Source: Flavobacteriia bacterium
GTDB lineage: Bacteria > Bacteroidota > Bacteroidia > Flavobacteriales > Flavobacteriaceae
Direction of reading: 5' to 3'
Assembly (NCBI GenBank): GCA_011391075.1
Contig: JAABRF010000002.1
Coordinates: 5,280 to 69,279 of the forward strand
DNA: 64,000 bases
The notes below the pieces were generated by a model. That model ran no database searches. It saw nothing but the letters and a program-made list of their open reading frames with translations, and had not been told where the DNA came from. Positions 38,890 through 49,532 of this stretch are shown here, in pieces. Position numbers and translations under genes: made by a program. Position 1 is the first letter of the stretch. The number at the start of each line of letters is the position of its first letter.

Positions 38890-39339
38890 ATGATTATAGA
38901 TTCCATAGAAAACGCTTTCAAATACCAACATTTACATCCACAATTTGCCAAAGCTTTTCAATATATTTTGAATACTGATTTGGATCTACTAGACAATGAA
39001 ACCATTTTATTGGAAGACGGATTAAAGGTCATGGCCAGCCAAAAAATGGGCAAAACCACAGCCGAAAGTTTGGAAAAGTTTGAATGTCACAATCAGAATA
39101 TTGACATTCAATTTTGCATCAAAGGCAATGAAAGTATAGGATGGAAACCTCGTCAAAAATGTCGGCATCCCAAAGGGGAATATTCAGTAGAAAAAGATGT
39201 CTTGTTTTTTGACGAAACACCCGACATGTTTTTCAAACTGACCGATGGTCAATTTGCCATTTTCTTTCCTGAAGATGTCCATGCTCCCATGATTGGTGAC
39301 GAATTGATTAAAAAATTAGTTTTTAAAGTTAAGATTTAA
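38890..39339 (+). CDS. YhcH/YjgK/YiaL-family (DUF386) protein
   Basis: 149 aa; FFKLTDGQFAIFFPEDVHAPM C-terminal signature; common in hexuronate loci. Confidence 0.7.
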   Translation: MIIDSIENAFKYQHLHPQFAKAFQYILNTDLDLLDNETILLEDGLKVMASQKMGKTTAESLEKFECHNQNIDIQFCIKGNESIGWKPRQKCRHPKGEYSVEKDVLFFDETPDMFFKLTDGQFAIFFPEDVHAPMIGDELIKKLVFKVKI

Positions 39340-39343
39340 CCCC

Positions 39344-40012
39344 ATGAACGCGCAAAAAGTTACAGAAAACATCGTTGCTCAAGGCATTTTACCACTTTAT
39401 TTTCATGAAGATGAAGAGATATCGCTCGAAGTATTGAAAGCAATCTATAAAGCAGGAATCAAAGCGGTGGAATACACCAATCGAGGTGATGCCGCTTTAC
39501 ATAATTTTGGAAAAATGCTAGCCTTACGCAATGCTGAAATGCCCGATTTGCTTTTAGGCATTGGCACAATAAAAAATGTAGCTCAAGCACAAATTTTTTT
39601 AGATCAAGGAGCCGACTTTTTTATCAGCCCTGGATTTGTACCTGAGGTAGCAACTTTTCTACTTTCACAAGATAAATTCTACAGTCCCGGTTGTATGACG
39701 CCATCGGAGATTATCGCCGCTGAAAATACAGGAGTCACTTTTATCAAATTATTCCCCGGTAATATATTGGGAGTCGATTTTTTGAGTAGCATCAAAGACA
39801 TTTTTCCTAAATTAAAATTTATGCCCACAGGCGGAGTAGATACGAGTAGAGCAAGTATTGAAAGTTGGTATAAAGCCGGTGTTTCAGCCGTGGGGATGGG
39901 AAGTAAACTCATCAGTAAAAAATTGATGTCAGACCGAGATTATAAAACTATTGAAATGGAAACTAAAAAAGTTTTAGCAATTATTCAGGAAATTAAAATC
40001 CAATACACCTAA
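39344..40012 (+). CDS. eda: KDPG / 4-hydroxy-2-oxoglutarate aldolase
   Basis: Eda-family motifs IKAVEYT, LLGIGTI, FFISPG, KLFPG, MPTGGV. Confidence 0.8.
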   Translation: MNAQKVTENIVAQGILPLYFHEDEEISLEVLKAIYKAGIKAVEYTNRGDAALHNFGKMLALRNAEMPDLLLGIGTIKNVAQAQIFLDQGADFFISPGFVPEVATFLLSQDKFYSPGCMTPSEIIAAENTGVTFIKLFPGNILGVDFLSSIKDIFPKLKFMPTGGVDTSRASIESWYKAGVSAVGMGSKLISKKLMSDRDYKTIEMETKKVLAIIQEIKIQYT

Positions 40013-40023
40013 AATATCAAAAT

Positions 40024-41550
40024 ATGCAAAACCATTCTACCACAGTAAAACCTACTTACTTTCGATGGACGATTGTCGGATTGTTGTTTTTCGCAACTAC
40101 TATCAATTATTTGGACCGACAAGTCTTATCATTGACTTGGAAGGATTTTATACAGCCTGAGTTTCATTGGGAAAACAATGATTACGGAAATATAACTGCT
40201 TTATTCTCTATATTTTACGCTTTCAGCATGTTATTTGCCGGAAAATTTGTCGATTGGATGGATACTAAAAAAGGGTTTCTTTGGGCAATTGGAATATGGT
40301 CGGTTGGTGCTGTTTTACACGCTTTTTGTGGGATTGCCACTTCGGGAATGCTAACAGGCAATTGGATTGTTGGTTTTGAAGGAGCAAAAGAACAAATTGC
40401 AACAGTCGACAATGTTTCAATGGTTATCAGCACTAGCGTAACTTTATTCATATTTGCACGCTTGATATTAGCCATTGGTGAAGCAGGGAATTTTCCAGCC
40501 GCCATCAAAACTACGGCGGAATATTTTCCTAAAAAAGATCGAGCTTTTGCTACGAGTATATTTAATGCCGGGGCAACTGTCGGGGCATTAGCAGCGCCAT
40601 TGTCTGTTCCTTTTATTGCCAAAGCTTTGGGTTGGGAAATGGCCTTTATCATTATTGGCGCATTGGGTTTTGTTTGGATGGGTTTTTGGATATTCTATTA
40701 CAACAAACCGCATGTGCATCCCAAAGTTAATGCAGAAGAATTGACTTATATTTGTCAAGATGATGTTTTGGATGCCAATTCGCAAGTAGTAGAAGAAAGA
40801 CATTTGAGTATGCGGGAAGTTTTTGGTTACAAACAAACTTGGGCTTTTGCTTTTGGAAAGTTCATGACCGATGGGGTTTGGTGGTTTTACTTGTTTTGGA
40901 CGCCAGCCTATTTGAGTTCGGTTTATGGAATGAATAGTACACAAAGTGCTTTACCGTTGTTTATATTATATACCATTACTTTATTATCTATCATTGGAGG
41001 TTGGTTGCCCAAGTATTTCGTTGACAAAAAAGGCATGAATCCTTATGCCGGTAGAATGCGAGCCATGTTATTGTTTGCTTTTTTTCCATTATTGGCACTT
41101 TTGGCACAACCCGGAGGTGAAATTACTTATTGGATTCCGGTGTTGATTATCGGGATTGCCGGAGCTGCACATCAAGCATGGTCTGCCAATATTTTTTCAA
41201 CTGTAGGCGATATGTTTCCTAAAAAAGCCATTGCTACCGTAACCGGAATTGGTGGTATGGCAGGAGGTATAGGTTCGTTTTTAATAAATAAAAGTTCTGG
41301 AAAATTATTTGATTTTGCGCACAAAAACTGGACTACAATTGACGGTGTTCCTTTCTTGGATAAATATCCACAATACCTTACCGAACGCATTCCCGACCAT
41401 TTTTTTGAAAACTTATCTCAATCGGGTGCGGTTGTGGCAGATGGAATCAATACCGGATATATGATTATTTTTTCCATATGTGCCGTTGCCTATCTCATTG
41501 CTTGGGGCGTTATGAAAGCATTAGTACCAACCTATAAAGTCATTGAATAA
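40024..41550 (+). CDS. MFS transporter, hexuronate (ExuT-like) permease
   Basis: 12 TM helices; LDRQVLS (MFS motif A-like); located inside the hexuronate operon. Confidence 0.75.
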   Translation: MQNHSTTVKPTYFRWTIVGLLFFATTINYLDRQVLSLTWKDFIQPEFHWENNDYGNITALFSIFYAFSMLFAGKFVDWMDTKKGFLWAIGIWSVGAVLHAFCGIATSGMLTGNWIVGFEGAKEQIATVDNVSMVISTSVTLFIFARLILAIGEAGNFPAAIKTTAEYFPKKDRAFATSIFNAGATVGALAAPLSVPFIAKALGWEMAFIIIGALGFVWMGFWIFYYNKPHVHPKVNAEELTYICQDDVLDANSQVVEERHLSMREVFGYKQTWAFAFGKFMTDGVWWFYLFWTPAYLSSVYGMNSTQSALPLFILYTITLLSIIGGWLPKYFVDKKGMNPYAGRMRAMLLFAFFPLLALLAQPGGEITYWIPVLIIGIAGAAHQAWSANIFSTVGDMFPKKAIATVTGIGGMAGGIGSFLINKSSGKLFDFAHKNWTTIDGVPFLDKYPQYLTERIPDHFFENLSQSGAVVADGINTGYMIIFSICAVAYLIAWGVMKALVPTYKVIE

Positions 41551-43013
41551 TGTCAAATCATTCTAAAATACCACTCAACAGAGAAACAATTGAAAATACA
41601 TCCCAATATCCAATTAAAGTTTTACAATTTGGGGAAGGAAACTTTTTAAGAGCTTTTGTCGATTTCGCCTTCTATCAACTTAATAGAGACTTAAACTTTA
41701 ATGCCGGTGTAGTGGTCATACAACCTTTACCAGGTGGAATGGTTGATCGAATTGAAAAACAAGACGGATTATATACGCTATTTTTAAATGGCATCAAAAA
41801 TGGCCAAAAAATACAGGACATCTATTTAATAGATAATATCGTTAAATGTGTAAATCCTTATCAAGATTTTAATGCTTATTTGGAATTGGCCACTCTTGAA
41901 TCTTTAGAATTTGTAATATCCAACACAACTGAAGCAGGTATAGAGTTTGTTGAAATCGATACCCTTTTGAATACTCCTCAAAAATCCTTTCCTGCCAAAC
42001 TTACTGCCTTTTTATACAAAAGATATAATCATTTTAAGGGAGATTCTTCCAAAGGCTTGACCGTAATACCATGCGAACTCATAAACAACAATGCTGATAC
42101 GCTTAAATCCATTCTAATTCAATATAGCCAACTTTGGCATTTGGAAACCGAATTCGAAGATTGGTTAAATCAAGCTTGTAGTTTTCACAATACATTGGTT
42201 GATCGTATTGTTCCCGGCTATCCAAAGGATCATATTGAAGAATACAACAACCAATTGATTTATCAAGATGATTTATTGGTGACAGCCGAACCGTTTTTCC
42301 TATGGATAATAGAAGGAGATGAAAAACTGAAAGCCAAATTACCTTTTCACAAAATTGATTTAGACGTTAAAATAGTTGCTGATATGCAACCCTATCGCAC
42401 CCGAAAAGTAAGAATTCTCAATGGTGCACATACCGCAATGGTACCCTTGTCTATTATGTATGGGAATGAAACGGTGAGAGAAACTTTGGAAAATGACTTT
42501 ACCGGAATGTTTGTGTCCAAATTGATTTTTGATGAAATCAATCCAACCTTACACATGGATAAGGATGAATTATTTCAATTTTCCAATGAAGTTTTAGATC
42601 GTTTTAGAAATCCGTTTATCAAACATTTATTGTCGGATATTGCCTTGAATTCCATTTCCAAATTTAAAGTTAGAGTATTGCCGAGTATGTTGGAATATTT
42701 AAAAAACAATCAGAAGTTGCCTGTATATCTGACTTTTTCAATGGCTTGTTTGATTCGTTTTTACAAAGGAGATTGGCAAGGAAAAATGCTTCCTATTAAA
42801 GATACGCCAGATATAGTTAACTTCTTTGTAGAAACTTGGAAGTCTGAAAATCTTAGTCAGATAGTTACAACCCTGTTAGGAAATATTGATTTTTGGGAAA
42901 GTGATTTGAATCAAGTGGTAGGTCTTAAGGATGCGTTGGTTTTGGCGCTCCAAGAAATTGAAACAAATGGACTAGTAGCAGGATTTACAAATTTCAATAA
43001 ACAACTTGCTTAA
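41550..43013 (+). CDS. uxaB: Altronate oxidoreductase / tagaturonate reductase
   Basis: IKVLQFGEGNFLRAFVDFAFYQLN...GVVVIQP closely matches the E. coli UxaB N-terminus (QFGEGNFLRAFVDW). Start overlaps the upstream stop (taATG). Confidence 0.8.
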   Translation: MSNHSKIPLNRETIENTSQYPIKVLQFGEGNFLRAFVDFAFYQLNRDLNFNAGVVVIQPLPGGMVDRIEKQDGLYTLFLNGIKNGQKIQDIYLIDNIVKCVNPYQDFNAYLELATLESLEFVISNTTEAGIEFVEIDTLLNTPQKSFPAKLTAFLYKRYNHFKGDSSKGLTVIPCELINNNADTLKSILIQYSQLWHLETEFEDWLNQACSFHNTLVDRIVPGYPKDHIEEYNNQLIYQDDLLVTAEPFFLWIIEGDEKLKAKLPFHKIDLDVKIVADMQPYRTRKVRILNGAHTAMVPLSIMYGNETVRETLENDFTGMFVSKLIFDEINPTLHMDKDELFQFSNEVLDRFRNPFIKHLLSDIALNSISKFKVRVLPSMLEYLKNNQKLPVYLTFSMACLIRFYKGDWQGKMLPIKDTPDIVNFFVETWKSENLSQIVTTLLGNIDFWESDLNQVVGLKDALVLALQEIETNGLVAGFTNFNKQLA

Positions 43014-43024
43014 AAACAGAGCTT

Positions 43025-44635
43025 ATGTTAAAAAAAATCATCAAAATCAACCCTAACGACAACGTCTTGGTAGCTTTAGCCGATATTGAAGCTGGCGAAA
43101 TCATACATTTTGAAACAAATGCCATTACTCCTGTGACAAATGTTAAAGCCAAACACAAAATGGCTGCGCAAGATTTTAAAGTAGGCGATCCTATTTTTAT
43201 GTATGGTGTACTGGTTGGAAAAGCAAGTTTACCGATTCAAAAAGGGGAAGTTTTGACGACTGAAAATGTTAAACATCAAAGCGAAGAAGTTACTAAAAAA
43301 CAAACCACGCTTTCATGGACCATACCCAATGTGGATAAATGGAAAGACAAGAGTTTTATGGGTTATCACCGTGAAGATGGACAGGTTGGCACGAATAATA
43401 TATGGTTATTTTTCCCATTGGTATTTTGCGAAAACAAAAATATTGAGCGCTTAAAAGATATTTTTGAAGAGTTGGTCCCCAAAAAAATTGACCAACACAA
43501 GCTTTTGTTACGTTCTTTAATATCTGATGCAAATGAAAATCAAACCGATTTCGGAAATATTCCCAACCCAACCTTTGAAAATATTGAGGTAAAATTCATA
43601 ACCCATCAAGGAGGTTGTGGGGGTATCAGACAAGATGCAGAAGGTTTAGCCCGACTTTTGGCGGGTTATGTAAACAATCCCAATGTAGCCGGAGCAACCG
43701 TTTTGAGCTTAGGATGTCAAAATTTACAAGTTGAATTATTTAAAAAAGTACTCCATCAAATCAATCCCCATTTACAAAAAGAAGTTTTAATATTCGAACA
43801 ACAACAGATAGGAACAACAGACAAAATGCTTCAAATGGTCATTAAGGATTCATATGAAGCCATCAAACGAGCTAATGAAATTAAAAGAAAACCGGCTGCA
43901 TTATCCAATTTATCTATCGGATTGGAATGTGGTGGTTCGGATGGATTTTCAGGTATTTCTGCTAATCCGGCATTGGGAATCGTATCGGATATTTTTGTTG
44001 CTTTGGGTAGTAAAACCATTTTATCAGAATTTCCGGAATTATGCGGTGTTGAACAAGAATTGATGGACCGATGCGTTGATGAAGAAAAAGCAAATAAGTT
44101 TTTATCCTTGATGAAAGCTTTTGAAAAATCAGTCGTAGATGCTGGTTCAGGATTTGATATGAATCCATCACCTGGAAATATTAAGGATGGATTGATTACC
44201 GATGCCATGAAATCGGCAGGCGCGGCCAAAAAAGGTGGTACTGCTCCAATAGTTGATGTATTGGATTATGGAGAATACATTTCAAAACCTGGGTTGAATC
44301 TACTTAACACACCGGGAAATGATGCCGAATGCACTACTGCATTGGTAGGTTCAGGAGCCAATATCGTTCTGTTTACCACCGGTTTAGGAACCGGCATGGG
44401 TAATCCAATTGCACCGGTTTTAAAAATTTCATCCAACACGCAGTTGGCTCAAAAAATGGATGATATTATTGATATTGATGCCGGAGAAGTAATCAGTGGA
44501 AATAAATCGATACAGGAAGTAGCCGAAGCTATTATTGACTATATCATAGAAGTGGCAAGTGGTCGCATTACATCAAAAGCCGATGCTTTGAAACAAGATG
44601 TATTTATTCCTTGGAAAAGAGGGGTTTCACTTTAA
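43025..44635 (+). CDS. uxaA: Altronate dehydratase
   Basis: N-terminal SAF domain IKINPNDNVLVALADIEAGEI; C-terminal UxaA/GarD-type domain (GLECGGSDGFSG). Confidence 0.85.
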   Translation: MLKKIIKINPNDNVLVALADIEAGEIIHFETNAITPVTNVKAKHKMAAQDFKVGDPIFMYGVLVGKASLPIQKGEVLTTENVKHQSEEVTKKQTTLSWTIPNVDKWKDKSFMGYHREDGQVGTNNIWLFFPLVFCENKNIERLKDIFEELVPKKIDQHKLLLRSLISDANENQTDFGNIPNPTFENIEVKFITHQGGCGGIRQDAEGLARLLAGYVNNPNVAGATVLSLGCQNLQVELFKKVLHQINPHLQKEVLIFEQQQIGTTDKMLQMVIKDSYEAIKRANEIKRKPAALSNLSIGLECGGSDGFSGISANPALGIVSDIFVALGSKTILSEFPELCGVEQELMDRCVDEEKANKFLSLMKAFEKSVVDAGSGFDMNPSPGNIKDGLITDAMKSAGAAKKGGTAPIVDVLDYGEYISKPGLNLLNTPGNDAECTTALVGSGANIVLFTTGLGTGMGNPIAPVLKISSNTQLAQKMDDIIDIDAGEVISGNKSIQEVAEAIIDYIIEVASGRITSKADALKQDVFIPWKRGVSL

Positions 44636-44717
44636 ACTCTCATGATAGGAAGTTTCATAAAGCAATATTTATCTCAACTATCAAACGGTAATTACGTAAA
44701 TATTTGATCTAATAAAT

Positions 44718-45752
44718 TTATTTTTTGTTTTTTACCTTCTTTGTAGAGGACATTCTGACAAGTAATCTTGGAGTCAAAACTACCTTCTTTTCAATTTTCA
44801 CCTGATTGGAAGAATTCATTTGTTCCAAAAATATTTGAGCAGTCATTCTTCCCATTTCCAAAGGAGTTTGGTCAACAGAAGAGATGGTGAGCTCCATAAA
44901 TTGGGTAACCGGTTCGTTACTAAAGCCCACAATGGAAAAGTCATCGGGAATAGCATAACCATTTGCTTTCAATTCTTTGATCAAACCAACCGCAGCAAAG
45001 TCACTGGATGAAAAAACAGCATCGGGAAGCGGATTCAATTTGATTAATTGGTTAGTTGCTTCCATACCTGCTTCAACTTTACTTTCTGTTTCTATAACAT
45101 AATTTTCATCAAAGTCTAATTTATAATCTAGCAAAGCTTTCTTATATCCTTCAAAACGGTCACGATAAATATGTAATGTTCGATCTCCCGCAAAATGAGC
45201 TATCTTTTTACAACCTGTTTTGATCAAATGCTCTGTTGCTTTATAGCCCCCTTCAAAGTCATTGATGGTTACGGAACTTACACCAGGCATTTCCCTTTTT
45301 CTATCAAAAAAAATGAGGGGAATATTTTTTTTGATAATGCGATTTAACTCGGATAATTCGGTCATGGCATTGGAAATGGACATAAAAATGCCATCCACTT
45401 GCGCATTGAGTAAAGCATCAATATTATCGATTTCGCTTTCCTTTTGATCATATGTTTGACAAATAATTACGTGGTAACCATGCGGATATAATTCATCTTG
45501 AATTCCTTTGATTACAGTAGCAAAGAAACTTCTATCAATCCTAGGAACAATGACGCCAACATTGAAAGTTTTGCCACTTTTCAAGGCTAAAGCAACTTTA
45601 TTCTGGCGGTAATTCATTTCCTTAGCTTTCTCAAGTACCAATTCACGAGTCTTATCACTGATCGTAGGATTGTTATTCAGGGCTCGAGAAACTGTAGCAG
45701 CGGTAATATTCAGCTCTCTAGCTATGTCATAAATAGTGATTCTCGGACTCAT
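44718..45752 (-). CDS. LacI-family transcriptional regulator of the hexuronate/pectin locus
   Basis: HTH ITIYDIARELNITAATVSRALNN plus periplasmic-binding-fold effector domain. Confidence 0.85.
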   Translation of the reverse strand: MSPRITIYDIARELNITAATVSRALNNNPTISDKTRELVLEKAKEMNYRQNKVALALKSGKTFNVGVIVPRIDRSFFATVIKGIQDELYPHGYHVIICQTYDQKESEIDNIDALLNAQVDGIFMSISNAMTELSELNRIIKKNIPLIFFDRKREMPGVSSVTINDFEGGYKATEHLIKTGCKKIAHFAGDRTLHIYRDRFEGYKKALLDYKLDFDENYVIETESKVEAGMEATNQLIKLNPLPDAVFSSSDFAAVGLIKELKANGYAIPDDFSIVGFSNEPVTQFMELTISSVDQTPLEMGRMTAQIFLEQMNSSNQVKIEKKVVLTPRLLVRMSSTKKVKNKK

Positions 45753-45948
45753 TTAATGAAAATTATATCAAAATATTAGATTATGTAAAATTACACATTA
45801 TTTAGATAAAATGAAGATTTTATTCAATTAGAATTGAGTCGTTTGATTATGGTTTGATAAATATCGTATTTATCTCATTATCAAGATTATTTAAATATAT
45901 ATTTCAAATTTTACTAACGTTTTTTTTGCTCAATTCAAAGATAATATT

Positions 45949-45969
45949 TATCTTTGCGTAATCGATTAC
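45949..45969 (+). promoter_or_regulatory. -7 box TATCTTTG (45949-45956) plus 12-bp palindrome GTAATCGATTAC (45958-45969) in the LacI/GH28 divergent region: predicted operator
   Basis: Direct reading; same AATCGATT core as 34513-34526. Confidence 0.5.
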
Positions 45970-46015
45970 ATTAAGATATACAGCATTTATGCGGTAATAG
46001 TTAATTATACTTATC

Positions 46016-47440
46016 ATGAGAAGATATTCAATCATCCTTTTTTTCCTTCCATTTTTATTCTTTGCTTGTAAAAATACCAAACAAAGCAATATACAACAAA
46101 TGGTTTCTGGTTGGGATTTTGCAAAAAAAATTGAAGAACGTATTGTTGTTCCCTCATTTCCCAATCGTTCCTTTAATATTTTAGATTACGGCGCAAAAGA
46201 ATCGGTTGAAGTCAATAATACTGAAGCCTTTCAAAAGGCAATCAAAGCATGTTCTGATGCAGGTGGTGGAAAAGTCATTGTACCGAAAGGCGTATTCTAT
46301 ACAGGAGCTATACATCTTTTGGATAATGTAAATCTCCATTTGCTCGAAGGAGCCGAAATCAGATTTAGCACGAATCCCAATGATTATTTACCTGTAGTTC
46401 TAACATCCTTTGAAGGAACTGAATGTATGAACTATTCGCCTTTGATTTATGCATTCCAAAAGAAAAACATCGCCATAACCGGAAAAGGGATTCTCAACGG
46501 TCAAGCCGATATTTCAAATTGGTGGCCTTGGTGTTCAAAAGATGAATACGGTTGGAAAGCAGGTATGCCCAGTCAGAAGGATAAAGGAAATCGAGAGCGT
46601 TTGATTACTTCTGCTGCAGAAAATATTGCTCCCGAAAATCGGATTTTTGGTTCAGGATTCTACTTGCGACCTTCATTTATTGAGACCAATCGTTGTGAAA
46701 ACATCCTCATTCAAGGCGTAAAAATCATCAATGCACCGTTTTGGGTAATTCATCCTTTTTTATCAACTAGTATCACGGTTGATGGGGTTACCGTTGAAAG
46801 TCACGGTCCAAACAACGATGGCTGTGATCCAGAATACTCAAAAAATGTCATGATTAAAAATTGCACCTTTAATACAGGTGACGATTGTATCGCAATTAAA
46901 TCGGGAAGAGATGCCGATGGTAGGAGAATAGCTGTAAAAAGTGAAAACATCATTGTTAGAAATTGCAATATGATAGATGGTCATGGTGGCGTAGTGATGG
47001 GAAGTGAAACTTCGGGTGGAGTAAGCAATGTATTTGTTGAAAACTGTACTATGGATAGTCCAAACTTAGACAGAGTCATACGCATTAAAACCAACTCCAA
47101 CAGAGGTGGATTGACTGAAAATGTATATGTGAGAAACATCAAGGTCGGGCAAGTAAAAGAATGTGTTTTAAAACTCAATATGTTTTATGTTGCTTGGGAT
47201 GATCCAATTGGAACCTTTATCCCAGAAATCAGAAATATATATCTCGAAAATATTCAAGTTGAGAATGGAGGTTCGTTTGGTATTTTGGCTAAAGGATTCG
47301 AACAATCACCGATTCAAAATGTAACCTTAAAAAATGTTACAATTAATAAAGTTGGACAACCCTACTCTATCGAAAATGTCAAAAATCTCAAATTGATTGA
47401 CACTTATATGAATGGAATTCTGATAGAAAGTCCGAATTGA
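46016..47440 (+). CDS. GH28 polygalacturonase (exo-type)
   Basis: GH28 catalytic motifs NNDGCD, NTGDDCIAIKSG, GHGGVVMGSE, RIK; N-terminal lipoprotein-like signal (FFACKN). Confidence 0.85.
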   Translation: MRRYSIILFFLPFLFFACKNTKQSNIQQMVSGWDFAKKIEERIVVPSFPNRSFNILDYGAKESVEVNNTEAFQKAIKACSDAGGGKVIVPKGVFYTGAIHLLDNVNLHLLEGAEIRFSTNPNDYLPVVLTSFEGTECMNYSPLIYAFQKKNIAITGKGILNGQADISNWWPWCSKDEYGWKAGMPSQKDKGNRERLITSAAENIAPENRIFGSGFYLRPSFIETNRCENILIQGVKIINAPFWVIHPFLSTSITVDGVTVESHGPNNDGCDPEYSKNVMIKNCTFNTGDDCIAIKSGRDADGRRIAVKSENIIVRNCNMIDGHGGVVMGSETSGGVSNVFVENCTMDSPNLDRVIRIKTNSNRGGLTENVYVRNIKVGQVKECVLKLNMFYVAWDDPIGTFIPEIRNIYLENIQVENGGSFGILAKGFEQSPIQNVTLKNVTINKVGQPYSIENVKNLKLIDTYMNGILIESPN

Positions 47441-47550
47441 CCACAGTTGATACAGCAATTAAATAAAAATTAAATAAATTTTGTTCGTTAATTTTTAATT
47501 TTCAATAATTTTATACAGGCTTGATTCGCATCAAGCCTGTATTTTAAAAA

Positions 47551-48501
47551 ATGTATATAAATATAAAATATTTAGCTTTTATTATTTCCTTTTTTAGCTC
47601 ACTAATCGTTTTTACTCAAAATCAAATAGTGAAAGATACCTCTTTTACGGTATACGCCGCTTATTTGAAAGCGCAAAATAATTTCCCCGATATACATATT
47701 GCAAAAGTAAAAAATACACGTTCAATTCTTGAACAAGACAGAATAGTTTATAAGCAAGTGGGAGCAAGAAACTTGGTTTTAGAACACTTTCGAAAAAAAA
47801 ATGCTAGAAAACTTCCAATAATCATTTTTATTCATGGCGGCGGATGGAAATCAGGTGATTATACACAATTAAAACCACTGGCGCAAAGTCTGGCAAAAAA
47901 AGGATATGCCTGCTTTTTAATAGAATATAGATTGACGGATGAGGCTATCTATCCTGCTGGTATTTGGGATATCAAAACGGCAATAAAATACATCAAATCC
48001 AATGCAGATTCCTTCCAAGCTGATCAAAACCGAATCGCCGTCCTTGGATTCTCTTCAGGTGGACAAATGGCAACATTGGTTGGTACAACCCAAAACAATC
48101 CTGCTTTTGAAGACCCAAATGATTCTTCGTTTGGAAACACATCGATTCAAGCCATCATCAATATTGACGGTATTGTAGCTTTTAAACATCCTGAATCGGA
48201 AGAAAATAAATCGGCAGCTTTTTGGTTGGGTGGAACATATGAGGAAAAACCAGATATTTGGATGCAAGCTTCTGCTTTAACCCATACCGATGAAAATTCA
48301 CCACCAATTCTCTACTTAAACAGTAGCATCACAAGGTTTCATGCCGGAAGAGATGATATGATCAGCATCCTGAATAGACATAATATTTACAATGAAACTC
48401 AAACTTTTCAAGAGACGCCACATACCTTTATATTTTTTGATCCTTGGTTTAAACCAAGCATCGACTGTATAACTCATTTTTTAAAAAAAACAATAAGATA
48501 A
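47551..48501 (+). CDS. Alpha/beta-hydrolase fold-3 esterase (CE10-like, probable pectin acetyl/methyl esterase)
   Basis: HGGGW oxyanion motif (IIIFIHGGGWKSGD) and GFSSGG nucleophile elbow. Confidence 0.7.
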   Translation: MYINIKYLAFIISFFSSLIVFTQNQIVKDTSFTVYAAYLKAQNNFPDIHIAKVKNTRSILEQDRIVYKQVGARNLVLEHFRKKNARKLPIIIFIHGGGWKSGDYTQLKPLAQSLAKKGYACFLIEYRLTDEAIYPAGIWDIKTAIKYIKSNADSFQADQNRIAVLGFSSGGQMATLVGTTQNNPAFEDPNDSSFGNTSIQAIINIDGIVAFKHPESEENKSAAFWLGGTYEEKPDIWMQASALTHTDENSPPILYLNSSITRFHAGRDDMISILNRHNIYNETQTFQETPHTFIFFDPWFKPSIDCITHFLKKTIR

Positions 48502-48511
48502 AAACCCCAAT

Positions 48512-49489
48512 ATGATGCGAAATTTTTTTTCTATGCTTATCATACTTGCTTTCACGGTTTCCTGCAAAACAACTCAACAGAACACTTTAGAAAAATCGAA
48601 TAACCCGTCCAAAACCTATGCAGAGATTTCAATCGCTCAAGGGGGACAATGGAATGGTAATGTTTATGAAAACGGAACTTCGTTTAAAAATGTTGACAAT
48701 TTATGGGTTCCCAAAAGCCATACCGATCATTCTTGGTACATCCGATATGAAGGTCCTGGATGGGAAAGTAATAAAATTGGATATAGAATTTATTTAGACT
48801 GGCGCAACGCTATTGATATTTATGGAAAACTGACTGATAGTTTAGTATTACACAAAATCGGACAAGACGGCTTTGAATCTTATCACCACCCACAATCTTG
48901 GGGAATGGATATTTTAAAAGTTGGAAAAGGTTTGGGAATAGGATCGATAGGAAGAATTGTAAATGGAGAAGTAATGCATTTTAATGAAGTGGATTCCACC
49001 TATGCAAGTGTCCACAATTCAAATCTAGAATCTTCTGTAAAAATCACCTACAAAGGATGGAAAACAGCAGATGACAAAATCAATCTCACCTCTACATTAA
49101 GCATTAAACCCGACAGTCGAGTGACAAAACACACCATAGAAACGTCAAATGCCCTACCCGGTTTATGCACTGGTATTGTCAATCATAAAGTGGATTATTT
49201 TACTAGTGAAAATAGTGAAAAAACGTGGGGATATATCGCAACTTATGGCATTCAATCTTTGGTTCCTGATCAATTGGGAATGGCGATTTTTTATCAAAAA
49301 AACAGTGTCCAAGATATTTTTACCGGAAAAGACGATTATCTCATCACATTCAAACCTACAACCGATACCCTAACTTTCTATTTTGTAGGTGCATGGGAAC
49401 AAGAACAAAACGGCATTAAGAATAAAACTGAATTTATCGTCTATTTAAACCAACTTTTGAGTTTATTGAACAAAAATAATTCATTATAA
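48512..49489 (+). CDS. DUF4861-like secreted protein of pectin loci
   Basis: Lipoprotein signal (AFTVSCK), beta-rich; by position between esterase and GH105. Family assignment from recall only. Confidence 0.4.
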   Translation: MMRNFFSMLIILAFTVSCKTTQQNTLEKSNNPSKTYAEISIAQGGQWNGNVYENGTSFKNVDNLWVPKSHTDHSWYIRYEGPGWESNKIGYRIYLDWRNAIDIYGKLTDSLVLHKIGQDGFESYHHPQSWGMDILKVGKGLGIGSIGRIVNGEVMHFNEVDSTYASVHNSNLESSVKITYKGWKTADDKINLTSTLSIKPDSRVTKHTIETSNALPGLCTGIVNHKVDYFTSENSEKTWGYIATYGIQSLVPDQLGMAIFYQKNSVQDIFTGKDDYLITFKPTTDTLTFYFVGAWEQEQNGIKNKTEFIVYLNQLLSLLNKNNSL

Positions 49490-49532
49490 ACTCCTCAAAT
49501 TAAACTATATAATTTCTAATGAAACCAAATTT